Below, one piece after another: positions 9,896 to 20,091 of a stretch of DNA of 40,584 nt (within the stretch, counting starts at the first letter, position 1; the number at the start of each line of letters is the position of its first letter). The notes under the pieces were generated by a model. That model saw only the letters and a list, made by a program, of their open reading frames with translations. It searched no databases and was not told the DNA's origin. Both the position numbers and the translations under genes were made by a program. Source of the DNA: Rubrivivax sp. (GTDB lineage Bacteria > Pseudomonadota > Gammaproteobacteria > Burkholderiales > Burkholderiaceae_C); assembly GCA_030693565.1 (NCBI GenBank), contig JAUYAJ010000531.1, forward strand, positions 1 through 40,584, given 5' to 3'.

Positions 9896-10870
9896 ATGAA
9901 TGAACTTGTTGCTCTGATTGGCGGCCTGGGCCTGCTGCTGCCGATGCTCGCGGGCCTGGCGCTGCTGCTGTACCTGGTGCCGATTCCGCTGTGGATCGCG
10001 GCCTGGGCTTCGGGCGCCTATGTCGGCTTGATGACCCTGATCGGCATGCGGCTGCGCCGCGTGCCGCCGACCACCGTGGTCACGGCGCGCATCAGCGCCG
10101 TCAAGGCCGGCCTCGAGATCTCGATCAACGACCTCGAGGCCCACTTCCTGGCCGGCGGCAACGTCGTGCGCGTGGTCAACGCGATGATCTCGGCCGACAA
10201 GGCCAACATCCCGCTGCCCTTCAAGCGCGCCGCGGCGATCGACCTGGCCGGGCGCAACGTGCTCGAAGCGGTGCAGATGTCGGTGCTGCCCAAGGTCATC
10301 GAGACGCCCAAGATCGCCGCTGTGGCCAAAGACGGCATCCAGCTCATCGCCGTGTGCCGCGTCACCGTGCGCACCAACATCGACCGCCTGGTCGGCGGCG
10401 CCGGTGAAGAGACGATCATCGCGCGCGTCGGCGAAGGCATGGTCAGCACCATCGGCTCGGCCGTCAGCCACAAGCATGTGCTGGAGAACCCCGACCACAT
10501 CTCCAAGCATGTGCTGAGCAAGGGGCTGGATTCGGGCACCGCCTACGAGATCCTGTCGATCGACATCGCCGATGTCGACGTCGGCCAGAACATCGGCGCC
10601 AAGCTGCAGATCGACCAGGCCAACGCCGACAAGCAGATCGCCCAGGCCAAGGCCGAAGAGCGCCGGGCGATGGCGGTGGCGCTGGAGCAGGAGATGCGCG
10701 CCCGCGTCGTCGAGGCCGAGGCCGAAGTGCCGCGCGCCATGGCCGAGGCCTTCCGCCAGGGCAACATGGGCATCATGGATTACTACCGCATGAAGAACCT
10801 GCAGGCCGACACCTCGATGCGCGACGAGATCGCCGGCACCGACGACAAGGGCGGCGGCTCGACGACCTGA
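9896..10870 (+). CDS. floA: Flotillin-like protein FloA (YqfA/UPF0365)
   Basis: [64 protein letters not shown]. Confidence 0.95.
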   Translation: MNELVALIGGLGLLLPMLAGLALLLYLVPIPLWIAAWASGAYVGLMTLIGMRLRRVPPTTVVTARISAVKAGLEISINDLEAHFLAGGNVVRVVNAMISADKANIPLPFKRAAAIDLAGRNVLEAVQMSVLPKVIETPKIAAVAKDGIQLIAVCRVTVRTNIDRLVGGAGEETIIARVGEGMVSTIGSAVSHKHVLENPDHISKHVLSKGLDSGTAYEILSIDIADVDVGQNIGAKLQIDQANADKQIAQAKAEERRAMAVALEQEMRARVVEAEAEVPRAMAEAFRQGNMGIMDYYRMKNLQADTSMRDEIAGTDDKGGGSTT

Positions 10871-10881
10871 GGGCGACCATC

Positions 10882-11247
10882 ATGAAAGGCATTTCCAGCG
10901 AACTGCTGTTGCTGCTGCTCTTTGGCGCCTTCATGGTGTTCAACATCGTGATGCAGCGCGCCGCCAGGAAGCGCCAGGCGCAAGAGGCGCCGCCCGAGTT
11001 GCTGGCGCCAGACGAGTTCGACGCTCAGCCGCCAGCCGACGAATTGCTGGCTCAGTTGGCGGCCAGTGCCGGCCCGGCCCGTGCGCCCCGTGCCGCGCCC
11101 GTCGTGCCAGTGGCGCCGGTGACAAGGGCGCGGCGCCGTTTTTCCAGGCAGGCGCTGTTTGGCAGCCGGCGCGCGGCGCAGGACGCCTTCGTCGTGGCGA
11201 CGATCCTGGGGCGTTGCCGCGCCGACCAGCCGCACGAACCGCTCTGA
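10882..11247 (+). CDS. Small membrane-anchored protein, YqfB-like third gene of the nfeD-floA operon
   Basis: N-terminal TM helix, Pro/Ala linker, C-terminal AQDAFVVATILGRCRA resembling YqfB-type EILGxPRA tails. Confidence 0.65.
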   Translation: MKGISSELLLLLLFGAFMVFNIVMQRAARKRQAQEAPPELLAPDEFDAQPPADELLAQLAASAGPARAPRAAPVVPVAPVTRARRRFSRQALFGSRRAAQDAFVVATILGRCRADQPHEPL

Positions 11248-11289
11248 GCCAGGCGCCAGGCCGTCAGCACCCGGCGGCGAGAATGCACG

Positions 11290-12432
11290 ATGGCCGACAC
11301 CGATCCGCAAATCCACTGGACCGACGACGACGGCCGGCCCCAGCAAGCGCGCTGGCGCTCGCTGGCCGGCCATCCGGCGCCTGCGCACGTGGTGCTGGTC
11401 GACGAGCGCACGCGTGCCGACGTTGCCTACCGCCTGGCCTGCGAAGGCAGCGCGCTGCTGTGGCGCGGCGACTACCGCGGCGCCCGCCAGCTGCTGCTGG
11501 CGCTGACGCGGCGCATCGAGCGGCCCGCGCCGCGCAGCGCCAAGCCGGCGCAGTCGCTCACCGAAGCCTTCCACCTGCACCGCCAGCGCCAGGCCCAGCG
11601 CGCGCGCATCCTGGGCCAGCTGCTGCTGCCTTTCGACGCCGACCATGGGGTGGCACTGCCCAGCGCGCCCGACCTGCGCGCCGCCGGCCGCCAGGCGCGT
11701 GGCGAAGTCACCGAGCATTACGTCGCCACGCTGCGTGAGCTGCTGGGGCTGATCGGCGCCCACGAGTGGCGCAAGAAGGGCGTGGTCATTGCGGCGCTGG
11801 GCGCGGCGATCCACCCCCACCATGGCGTGTTCTCGCCGGTGCGCGGCGAATATGTCGGCCTGGTGGCGCAGGCGCCGCTGCCGGCGGCGGCGGCCAGCGC
11901 CGGGGCCTTCGACATCGGCACCGGCACCGGCGTGCTGGCGGCGCTGCTGGCGCGCCGCGGCCTGCGCGTCACCGCCACCGATTTGTCACCGGCGGCGCTG
12001 GCCTGCGCCGGCGACAACCTGCAGCGGCTCGGACTGGCGGGCGCCGTCAGTCTGCAAGCGGCCGACCTGTTTCCCGCCGGCCGCGCCGGTCTGGTGGTCT
12101 GCAACCCGCCTTGGCTGCCGGCGCAGCCCAGCTCGCCGCTGGAGGCGGCGGTCTACGACCCCGGCAGCCGCATGCTGCGCGGCTACCTCGCAGGCTTGGC
12201 CGACCATCTGGCGCCGGGCGGCGAAGGCTGGCTGATCCTGTCGGACCTGGCAGAGCGCCTGGGTTTGCGCAGCCGCGCTGAGCTGCAGGGCTGGATCGCC
12301 AGCGCCGGCCTGCAGGTGCTGGGCCGCATCGACACCCGGCCGCAGCACCGCCGCGCCGCCGATCGCGACGACCCCTTGTTTGAAGCCCGCGCAGCGGAAG
12401 TCACTTCACTGTGGCGGCTGGGGCTGGCCTGA
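11290..12432 (+). CDS. Class I SAM-dependent methyltransferase (MTS/HemK-like)
   Basis: FDIGTGTGVL motif I, CNPPW motif IV, HGVFSPVRGEY. Confidence 0.9.
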   Translation: MADTDPQIHWTDDDGRPQQARWRSLAGHPAPAHVVLVDERTRADVAYRLACEGSALLWRGDYRGARQLLLALTRRIERPAPRSAKPAQSLTEAFHLHRQRQAQRARILGQLLLPFDADHGVALPSAPDLRAAGRQARGEVTEHYVATLRELLGLIGAHEWRKKGVVIAALGAAIHPHHGVFSPVRGEYVGLVAQAPLPAAAASAGAFDIGTGTGVLAALLARRGLRVTATDLSPAALACAGDNLQRLGLAGAVSLQAADLFPAGRAGLVVCNPPWLPAQPSSPLEAAVYDPGSRMLRGYLAGLADHLAPGGEGWLILSDLAERLGLRSRAELQGWIASAGLQVLGRIDTRPQHRRAADRDDPLFEARAAEVTSLWRLGLA

Positions 12433-12565
12433 GCGACGCGCGGCCGCTGCCAGCGGATCGGCAAACCCTGCAACGCTGACCCCATCTCCCCGCGCCCGGC
12501 CATGCTGGCGTCGATGCGGGGCGATACTGATACTGTCTGCCATTGGATCCACAGGAGACAAGGGC

Positions 12566-13945
12566 ATGAGCATCGAAGCTTTCGACGCCATCATCGTCGG
12601 CGCCGGCCAGGCCGGGCCGGCGATTGCGGCGCGTTGCAGCCAGGAAGGCTTGCGCACCGCCGTCATCGAGCGCGGGCATTTCGGCGGCACCTGCGTCAAC
12701 GTCGGCTGCGTGCCCACCAAGACCCTGGTGGCGAGCGCGCGCGCCATGCACCAGGCCCGGCGCGGCGACGAGTTTGGCTTCTCCACCGGCGGCCTGCAGG
12801 TGGACATGGCGCGCGTCAAGGTGCGCAAGGACGCGATCGTGCTGCAGTCGCGCACAGGGGTCGAGGCCTGGATGCGCGGGCTCAAGCACACCGAGGTGAT
12901 CGTCGGCGCAGCAAGCTTCGTGGCACCCGCCACCCTCGAAGTCGCGGGCCGGCGCCTGAGCGCGCCGCGCATCTTTCTCAACCTGGGCGCCCGCGCGGCA
13001 ACGCCGCCGCTGCCGGGCCTGGACAGCGTGAAGACGCTGGACAACGAAACCATCATGCAGCTGGAGCGTGTGCCCGAGCACCTGGTGATCGTCGGCGGCA
13101 GCTACATCGGGCTGGAGTTTGCGCAGATGATGCGGCGCTTCGGCGCCGCGGTGACGGTGGTCGAACGCGCAAAGCAGCTGTTGCCGCGCGAGGACGAGGA
13201 CGTGTCGGACGGCATCCGCGCCATCCTCGAAGCCGAAGGCGTGCGCTTCGAGATGGGATCGGAATGCCTCTCGCTGGCGCCCCAGGGCCAAGGCATTGCC
13301 GTCGGCGCGGCCTGCGGCGACAAGCAGCCGCGCATCGTCGGCAGCCACGTGCTGCTGGCGGTGGGCCGGCGCCCCAACACCGATGGGCTGGCGCTGGACA
13401 AGGCCGGCATCCTGACCGACGAGCGCGGCTACATCGTCGTCGACGAACAGTGCCGCAGCAGCGCCGACGGCGTCTGGGCGGTGGGTGACTGCAACGGGCG
13501 CGGCGCCTTCACGCACACGGCGTGGAACGACCACGAGATCGTCGTCGCCAACCTGTTCGACCACGACGCGCGGCGCATCGCCGACCGCATCCCCTGCTAC
13601 GCGCTGTTCATCGACCCGGCGCTGGGCCGCGTCGGCTTGACCGACACCGAGGCACGGGCCAGCGGCCGCAAGCTTCTGCACGCCAAGATGCCGATGCAGC
13701 GTGTCGGCCGGGCGCGCGAAGCCGGCGAGACCCTGGGCTTCATGAAGGTGCTGGTCGACGCCGACAGCCAGCTGATCCTGGGCGCGGCCGTCCTCGGCCT
13801 GAACGGCGACGAGGTCGTGCACACGCTGCTTGGCCAGATGGCTGCCGGGCAGCCCTGCAGCGTCATCGCGCGCGCCATGCACATCCACCCGACGGTGAGC
13901 GAGTTGCTGCCGACCTTGCTGCAGCAGTTGAAGCCCTTCGAATAA
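12566..13945 (+). CDS. FAD-dependent pyridine nucleotide-disulfide oxidoreductase (MerA-like/RclA-like, not true MerA)
   Basis: GAGQAG, GGTCVNVGCVP, GGSYIGLE, HIHPTVSE; no C-terminal Cys-Cys. Confidence 0.9.
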   Translation: MSIEAFDAIIVGAGQAGPAIAARCSQEGLRTAVIERGHFGGTCVNVGCVPTKTLVASARAMHQARRGDEFGFSTGGLQVDMARVKVRKDAIVLQSRTGVEAWMRGLKHTEVIVGAASFVAPATLEVAGRRLSAPRIFLNLGARAATPPLPGLDSVKTLDNETIMQLERVPEHLVIVGGSYIGLEFAQMMRRFGAAVTVVERAKQLLPREDEDVSDGIRAILEAEGVRFEMGSECLSLAPQGQGIAVGAACGDKQPRIVGSHVLLAVGRRPNTDGLALDKAGILTDERGYIVVDEQCRSSADGVWAVGDCNGRGAFTHTAWNDHEIVVANLFDHDARRIADRIPCYALFIDPALGRVGLTDTEARASGRKLLHAKMPMQRVGRAREAGETLGFMKVLVDADSQLILGAAVLGLNGDEVVHTLLGQMAAGQPCSVIARAMHIHPTVSELLPTLLQQLKPFE

Positions 13946-13974
13946 TCGCGTGCAGCGACCGGGCTCCGGACCGG

Positions 13975-14595
13975 CTATTCGGCCATCGAATACGGACCGC
14001 CGCGCTCGAGCGCGCGCCGGTAGGCCGGCCGCTGCTGAAAGCGGCGCACCCAGGCGTCCAGGTTCGGATGGTCTTTGCGCAGGCCGCGCGCGGCTTCGCC
14101 GACAAAACTCATCTGCACGTCGGCGCCGCTGAACGTTTCGCCCAGCAGCCACTCGCGCCCCTGCAAGCTGCGATCGACAAAACCCAGGTGGTTGGCCAGT
14201 TCGCTGTCGATGCGAGGTTTGAGCGGCGCGCCGGCCTCGCCCAGCCTGCCCACGTAGAGCTTGAGCAGCAGCGGCAGCATGGCCGAGCCCTCGGCGTAAT
14301 GCAGCCATTGCTGGTACTGCTCGAACGCGGGCGCATCCTCGGCCGGGCGCAACGCCGCGCCACCGTGGCGGCGGATGAGGTAGTCGACGATGGCGCCCGA
14401 TTCGATCAGCGTCAGGCCGTCCACTTCGAGCACCGGCGACTTGCCCAGCGGGTGCACGGCCTTGAGCTCGGGCGGCGCCAGGCGCGTCGTGGCGTCGCGC
14501 GCGTAGTGGCGGATCTCGTAGGGCTGGCCGAGTTCCTCCAGCAGCCACAGCACACGCTGCGAGCGCGATTCATTGAGGTGGTGGACGACGATCAT
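13975..14595 (-). CDS. Glutathione S-transferase
   Basis: HHLNESRSQRVLWLLEEL, HPLGKSPVL, ESGAI, FSGADVQMSF. Confidence 0.92.
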   Translation of the reverse strand: MIVVHHLNESRSQRVLWLLEELGQPYEIRHYARDATTRLAPPELKAVHPLGKSPVLEVDGLTLIESGAIVDYLIRRHGGAALRPAEDAPAFEQYQQWLHYAEGSAMLPLLLKLYVGRLGEAGAPLKPRIDSELANHLGFVDRSLQGREWLLGETFSGADVQMSFVGEAARGLRKDHPNLDAWVRRFQQRPAYRRALERGGPYSMAE

Positions 14596-14716
14596 GGGCA
14601 AGGCCTCGGCGAGTGGCAGTGCGCGATTATCGGCGGCGCCGGCGATCGCGTCCGTGCGTCGCCAGCCAGCACCGGCTGGCTTATGCTGGCCGCCCGACCC
14701 CCGCCCTACCCTGCCC

Positions 14717-15772
14717 ATGACCCGGATCACCGTTGACAACATCAGCAAGCGCTTTGACAAGCAAGCCGTCTTGCAAGAGCTCAGCCTGGTGATCGAGGAC
14801 GGCAGCCTGTTCACCTTGCTCGGCCCCAGCGGCTGCGGCAAGACCACGCTGCTGCGCTGCATCGCCGGCTTTCACCAGCCCGACAGCGGGCGCTTGCTGT
14901 TCAACGACGAAGAGATCACCGGCGTGCCGGCCTACGAGCGAAACATCGGCATGGTGTTTCAGGACTACGCGCTGTTCCCCGACAAGTCCGTCTACGACAA
15001 CGTCGCCTACGGTCTGCGCGCGCGCAAGCTGGCGCGCGAAGCGGTTGACACGCGCACGCTCGAAGCGCTCGAGCAAGTCGGCCTGAAGGCCTTGCAGGCG
15101 CGGCTGCCGGCCCAGCTCAGTGGCGGCCAGCGCCAGCGTGTGGCATTGGCGCGCGCGCTGGTGATCAAGCCGCGTGTGCTGCTGATGGACGAGCCGCTGT
15201 CCAACCTCGACGCCAAGCTGCGCCTGAGCATGCGCGACCTGATCCTCGATCTGCAGCGCGCCACCCGCATCACCACCGTCTTCGTGACCCACGACCAGGA
15301 AGAAGCGCTGGCGCTGTCGGACCAGATCGCCGTCATGCAAAGCGGCCGCGTCGCCCAGCTGGGCACGCCGCAGTCGCTGTATGCGACGCCGCGCTCGGCC
15401 TATGTGGCCGACTTCATCGGCTCGGCCAATCTGCTGCCGGTGACGGTGAGCGCAGCCGGCCGCGTCGGGTTGGCCGACACCGTCTTGGCCGTTGACACCG
15501 GCGCGTTCGAAGCTGGCAGCTCGGGCCAGCTCGTGCTGCGGCCGGAAGCCTTGCAGCTGCTGGCCGCGGGCACCGCGGTGGTTGCCGCTGGGTCCAACCA
15601 GATCGCCGCCCGCATCACGCGCCGCCTGTACCTGGGCGCGAAGACGACGTTCCGGATTCAGGTCGCCGGCGGGCATGAGTTGCGCGTCGAGGACAGCGGC
15701 ATCGCGACTTTCCAGGTCGGCGACGAAGTGTTGCTGCGCGTGCCGGCGGGCAGCCTGGTCGTGGCCTCATGA
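14717..15772 (+). CDS. ABC transporter ATP-binding protein (PotA/FbpC-like)
   Basis: GPSGCGKT, LSGGQRQR, LLMDEP, VTHDQEEA; TOBE-like C-terminus. Confidence 0.93.
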   Translation: MTRITVDNISKRFDKQAVLQELSLVIEDGSLFTLLGPSGCGKTTLLRCIAGFHQPDSGRLLFNDEEITGVPAYERNIGMVFQDYALFPDKSVYDNVAYGLRARKLAREAVDTRTLEALEQVGLKALQARLPAQLSGGQRQRVALARALVIKPRVLLMDEPLSNLDAKLRLSMRDLILDLQRATRITTVFVTHDQEEALALSDQIAVMQSGRVAQLGTPQSLYATPRSAYVADFIGSANLLPVTVSAAGRVGLADTVLAVDTGAFEAGSSGQLVLRPEALQLLAAGTAVVAAGSNQIAARITRRLYLGAKTTFRIQVAGGHELRVEDSGIATFQVGDEVLLRVPAGSLVVAS

Positions 15773-17424
15773 AGGGCTTTGGCTTCTGGCCCTGGGGGCT
15801 GCTGTCGCTGCTGTGCCTGGCGGTGCTGGCGGTGTTCGTCGTCTACCCGATCGGCGTGCTCACGCTCAACAGCCTGCGTGGCCCGGGTGGCGGGTTCTCG
15901 CTCGCCGGTTTCGCTGCTGTGCTGAGCGGCGGCGACTACCTGAAGGCCATCGGCAACACCGTGCTGCTGAGCGCGGTGGTCACACTGTGCGCCGCCGGCC
16001 TGGGCGTGCCGCTGGCCTATGTGGTGGCGCGCTACGACTTCCCTTTGAAGTCGGTGCTGGCGGTGCTGCCCATCGCCACCATCATCATCCCCGAGGTCAT
16101 CGTCGGCCAATCCTGGTTGATGGTGCTGGGCAACAACGGCGTGGTGAGCAATTTCCTGCGCGACCTGGGTGTGCCCGTGCCCAGCTTCTACGGCTGGACC
16201 GGGTTGGTCATTTCGATGACCTTGATCTACTACACCTACATCTACCTCGGCGTGCTGGCGGCTTTGCGCGGCTTCGACGGTCATCTGGAAGAAGCCAGCC
16301 TGAGCCTGGGCGCCAGCCCGGCGGCGACGCGCTGGCGCGTGCTGCTGCCGACCATGCTGCCGGCGACCCTGGTCAACGCGCTGGTGGTCTTCACGCTGGT
16401 GGTCGGCAACTTCGCGCTGGCGTCGATGCTGGGCGGCCCGGTGAGCTTGCTGTCGGTGATGACTTACAGCATGTTCGTCAGCGAGATGGGCAGCGACCCG
16501 GTGCTGCAAAGCAGCTTGTCGGTGATCTCGATCGGCCTGGTCGGCGCCGCATTGGTGTTGCAGAAATGGGGCGTGGAGCGGCGTCTGGTGCACATGACGC
16601 CGGGCCGCGCACCGGCGCCGCGGGCTTTGAGCTCGTGGCGCGGGCCGGCCTTCACGGCGGCGGTCGGCGTCATCGTCAGCCTGTCGCTGATGCCGCTGGT
16701 GGCGGTGTTCGTCGGCGCTTTCACCGAGGCCCGCGGCCCGGTGATGCACTGGGGCAGCTGGTCGCTGCGCAGCATGGAGCGTGCGCTCTCACTGGCCCCT
16801 GAGCCCATCCTCAATTCACTGCTGTTCGCGTCGACCGCCACCGTGCTGGGCACGCTGCTAGCGGTGCTGGTCAGCTACCTGGTGGTCAAGCGCAAGTCGC
16901 CGCTGTCGCCGCTGCTCGACTACGCGGTGGTGGTGCCGCTGACGATCTCCGGCACGGTGCTGGGCATCGCGCTGGTGCAGACTTTCAACAGCGGCCCGCT
17001 GGTGCTGACCGGCACCGCGTTCATCATGGTGCTGGTCTATGTCGTGCGGCGCCTGCCCTTTGGTGTGCGCAACGCCTCGTCGATGCTGTTCAACATTCCG
17101 GTGTCGATCGAGGAAGCCTCGGTCAGCCTGGGCGTGACGCCGCTGAAGACCTTTCTCAAGGTGGTGCTCCCAGTGATGAAGGGCTCGATCTTCTCGGCCG
17201 CGATCCTGATGTGGGCCACATCCATCTCCGAGCTGTCGGCGTCGATCGTCGTCTACACCGGCGGCCTGGAGACGATGCCGATCGCCATCTTCCGCCAGGT
17301 CGACACCGGTCGCCTGGGCCTGGCTTCGGCCTACGGCGCCGTGCTGGTGACCCTGATCCTGGTGCCTGTAAGCTTGGCGCCACGACTTCTGGGCATCAAC
17401 CTGTTTTCGACCAAATCCAACTGA
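15769..17424 (+). CDS. ABC transporter permease with two fused TM domains (FbpB/AfuB-like)
   Basis: About 12 hydrophobic helices; two EAA loops (LEEASLSLGA, IEEASVSLGV); ATGA overlap with the ATPase. Confidence 0.92.
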   Translation: MKGFGFWPWGLLSLLCLAVLAVFVVYPIGVLTLNSLRGPGGGFSLAGFAAVLSGGDYLKAIGNTVLLSAVVTLCAAGLGVPLAYVVARYDFPLKSVLAVLPIATIIIPEVIVGQSWLMVLGNNGVVSNFLRDLGVPVPSFYGWTGLVISMTLIYYTYIYLGVLAALRGFDGHLEEASLSLGASPAATRWRVLLPTMLPATLVNALVVFTLVVGNFALASMLGGPVSLLSVMTYSMFVSEMGSDPVLQSSLSVISIGLVGAALVLQKWGVERRLVHMTPGRAPAPRALSSWRGPAFTAAVGVIVSLSLMPLVAVFVGAFTEARGPVMHWGSWSLRSMERALSLAPEPILNSLLFASTATVLGTLLAVLVSYLVVKRKSPLSPLLDYAVVVPLTISGTVLGIALVQTFNSGPLVLTGTAFIMVLVYVVRRLPFGVRNASSMLFNIPVSIEEASVSLGVTPLKTFLKVVLPVMKGSIFSAAILMWATSISELSASIVVYTGGLETMPIAIFRQVDTGRLGLASAYGAVLVTLILVPVSLAPRLLGINLFSTKSN

Positions 17425-17435
17425 AGGGCTGTTCC

Positions 17436-18422
17436 ATGACGCTGCTGCGCAAGATCCTCATCACCTTGGGCGTGGCCGCTGCCGCGGCCGGCGCCGCGGC
17501 GCAGAACGTGGTGCTGTATTCATCCAACAACCCCGAGGCCATTGCCAACGCGGCAGCGGCGCTGAAGAAGGTCAACCCGCGCGCCAACGTGCAGCAGGTC
17601 ACAGGCGGCACCGGCACGCTGATGAAGCGCATGGCGGCCGAGGCGGCCAACCCCGGCGGCGACATCTTCTGGAGCGGTGGCTTTGGCACGCTGGCCGCGT
17701 CGCAAGGCGTGATGGAGCCCTATGTCTCGCCCCAGGCCAAGGCCATCGCGCCGCAGTTCATCGGCCCGAACAGCGCCTATGTGGGCACCAACGTGCACGT
17801 GATGGTGTTGATGGTCAACGAGCGCCAGCTCAAGGGCATGGCCATGCCCAAGACCTGGTCCGACCTGATGAAGCCCGAGTGGAAAGGCAAGGTGGTGATC
17901 ACCGACCCGGCGCGTTCGGGCACCGCCTTCATCCAGGTCTACGGGTTGCTCAAGCAGTTCGGCCGCGACGGCCTCGAGCGCATCGCGCGCAACGCGGTGG
18001 TGGTGCAGAGTTCGGGCCAGGTCTTCAAGAGCGTGGCCGCCGGCGAGTACCCGGTGGGCATCACCATCGAGTCATCGGCCTACGAGTTCGTGGCCGGTGG
18101 GCAGAAAGAGATCAAGCTCGTCTACCCGTCCGAAGGCACCTACCTCGGGCCCGAGGGCATGTTCATCATCAAGGGCGCCAAGAACATGGTGCAGGCCAAG
18201 CAGTTCTTCGACGTGCTGCTGAGCAAGGAAGCGCAGGAGACCTTGCTGCGCGAGAACTTCCGCCGCCCCACACGCAGCGACATTGCGGTGGCCAAGCTCA
18301 CCAGCATGCCCGACCTGGCCTCGCTGAAGGTGTTCCCGCTCAACCTGCAGGTGGCCACCGACGAGTACGAGCAGCTGATCGTGATGTGGAACCTGGCGCT
18401 GGCCAAGGCCAAGCAGAACTGA
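17436..18422 (+). CDS. ABC transporter periplasmic substrate-binding protein (AfuA/FbpA-like fold)
   Basis: Signal peptide; GGTG, PKTWSDL, DPARSGT, VYPSEG. Confidence 0.9.
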   Translation: MTLLRKILITLGVAAAAAGAAAQNVVLYSSNNPEAIANAAAALKKVNPRANVQQVTGGTGTLMKRMAAEAANPGGDIFWSGGFGTLAASQGVMEPYVSPQAKAIAPQFIGPNSAYVGTNVHVMVLMVNERQLKGMAMPKTWSDLMKPEWKGKVVITDPARSGTAFIQVYGLLKQFGRDGLERIARNAVVVQSSGQVFKSVAAGEYPVGITIESSAYEFVAGGQKEIKLVYPSEGTYLGPEGMFIIKGAKNMVQAKQFFDVLLSKEAQETLLRENFRRPTRSDIAVAKLTSMPDLASLKVFPLNLQVATDEYEQLIVMWNLALAKAKQN

Positions 18423-18615
18423 TCGCCGGGCTTGCCGCCGCCCGCGCCGATCAGCGATCGGGCCTCGGCAACAGCGCTTGGCTCGCCGGCGCCAAGGTCG
18501 GCGCCAGGAAACCGCCCCAACGCCCGATGGCCATTGAATGACCTGGGCAAGGGTCGCGGGCTGCGGCTTGTGCACCGTCGCGGCGCGGCCGGCCCGAGAC
18601 ACCAGCGCTGCCAGA

Positions 18616-20091
18616 ATGCGGTGCATGCCACTGCCCTGGTCCTGGTTCACCCGCTGGTTCATCGCATGGATGGTTGCGAGCGTGGCCCTGGGCACTGTGG
18701 TCGTGCGCGCCGACATCGCGGCGCGGCGCGAGGCCTTCCAGTCCGACGCGCGCACCGCGCACCGCCTGCTGAGCCAGCGCGCCGCGCAGCATGACGCGAT
18801 CCTGGCCACGCTGGTGTTGCTCGACCCGGCGCCGGCGGACGAGCATCCGTCGACGCGGCTGCCGGCGCTTTATTCGCAGGTGCTGAAGGTCTGGCGTCGC
18901 ACGGCCGCTGCAGCCTGGCCTGAGGCTTCGTTGGCAATGGCCGACGATCGGTCGCGCGCCGCCGCACGGCCGGCGCTGGCGGCGGTGGATGGGGCGGCGG
19001 GCCATTACGACCTGGTGCTCGCGGGGGTACCGGTGAGCTTTGCACTGCGCATCGAGCTCGACCGCTGGGTGCCTTGGTCCGACTGGCCCTTCGCCAGCGA
19101 CGGCGCCGTCAAGGCCGATCTGGCGCACGGCACGCAGCGGCTGCCGCTGCAGCCGGGTCGGCAGGCCAGCGGCTGGCACGGCGGCGTCACGCCAGGCTTT
19201 GTGTTCGACAAGGTGCTGGACACGCCGAGCCAGCCCTTCGTGCTGCACCTGCAACGCGCCACCGGTCCGGCCGACTGGCCTTGGGGGCGGCTGGCGGCCG
19301 TCGCGCTGGCGCTGGCCGTGCTGATGGCCACGGCGGCGGCGCTGCAGCGCCAGCGCCAGCAGCGCCTGCGGACCGAGCAGTTGCTGCGGCTGGCGCGCAC
19401 GGCGCGCCTGAACGCGCTGGGCGAACTCGCGGCCGGGGTGGCGCATGAACTCAACCAGCCGCTGACGGCGCTGATCGCCAGCACCCAGGCGGCGCGCCGC
19501 CTGCTCGACGACGACCCGCTGCCGCGGGCAACGTTGCAGGAAGCCCTCGGACACGCGCGCGACCAGGCAGGGCGCGCCGCCGATGTCGTCGCGCGGCTGC
19601 GCCGCCTGGTCGAAAAGCCGGGTGACGCCCGGGCGGCGCAGCCGGTGGCGCTGGGCGCTGCGGTGCGCGGCGCGCTCGGTCTGCTGCAGCCCGAACTGCG
19701 GCGCCTGGGCATCCAGCCCGAGATCACGGATGCTGGCGTCAATGTCAGCGCCGACCCGGTGGCGCTGGAGCAGATCCTGCACAACCTGTTGAACAACGCG
19801 CTGCAAGCGATGGACAGCGTGCCCGCAGCGCAGCGGCGACTGCAGCTGATCATCGACGTGCAGGGTGATCGTGGCGTACTGCGCGTGCACGACGGCGGCA
19901 CCGGCCTGGCACCCGAGCTGCTGGCCCAGTTGTTCCAGCCCTTCACCAGCACCAAGGCCGGCGGCTTGGGCCTGGGTCTGAGCCTGTCCGAATCCTTGGC
20001 CAGTGCGATGGGCGGCGCACTGTCGGCGCAGAATGTCCAGCCCGCGGGCGCCGAGTTCAGGCTCGAACTGCCGCTGGCCGCCGCACGATGA
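18616..20091 (+). CDS. Membrane sensor histidine kinase (start could be 18538 or 18625)
   Basis: Two TM segments; AHELNQPL H-box, NLLNNA N-box, DGGTG and GLGLGL G-boxes. Confidence 0.9.
   Translation: MRCMPLPWSWFTRWFIAWMVASVALGTVVVRADIAARREAFQSDARTAHRLLSQRAAQHDAILATLVLLDPAPADEHPSTRLPALYSQVLKVWRRTAAAAWPEASLAMADDRSRAAARPALAAVDGAAGHYDLVLAGVPVSFALRIELDRWVPWSDWPFASDGAVKADLAHGTQRLPLQPGRQASGWHGGVTPGFVFDKVLDTPSQPFVLHLQRATGPADWPWGRLAAVALALAVLMATAAALQRQRQQRLRTEQLLRLARTARLNALGELAAGVAHELNQPLTALIASTQAARRLLDDDPLPRATLQEALGHARDQAGRAADVVARLRRLVEKPGDARAAQPVALGAAVRGALGLLQPELRRLGIQPEITDAGVNVSADPVALEQILHNLLNNALQAMDSVPAAQRRLQLIIDVQGDRGVLRVHDGGTGLAPELLAQLFQPFTSTKAGGLGLGLSLSESLASAMGGALSAQNVQPAGAEFRLELPLAAAR

Noticed and set aside
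12566-13945. Mercuric reductase merA
   Set aside because: No C-terminal Cys-Cys, no NmerA domain, no mer operon genes
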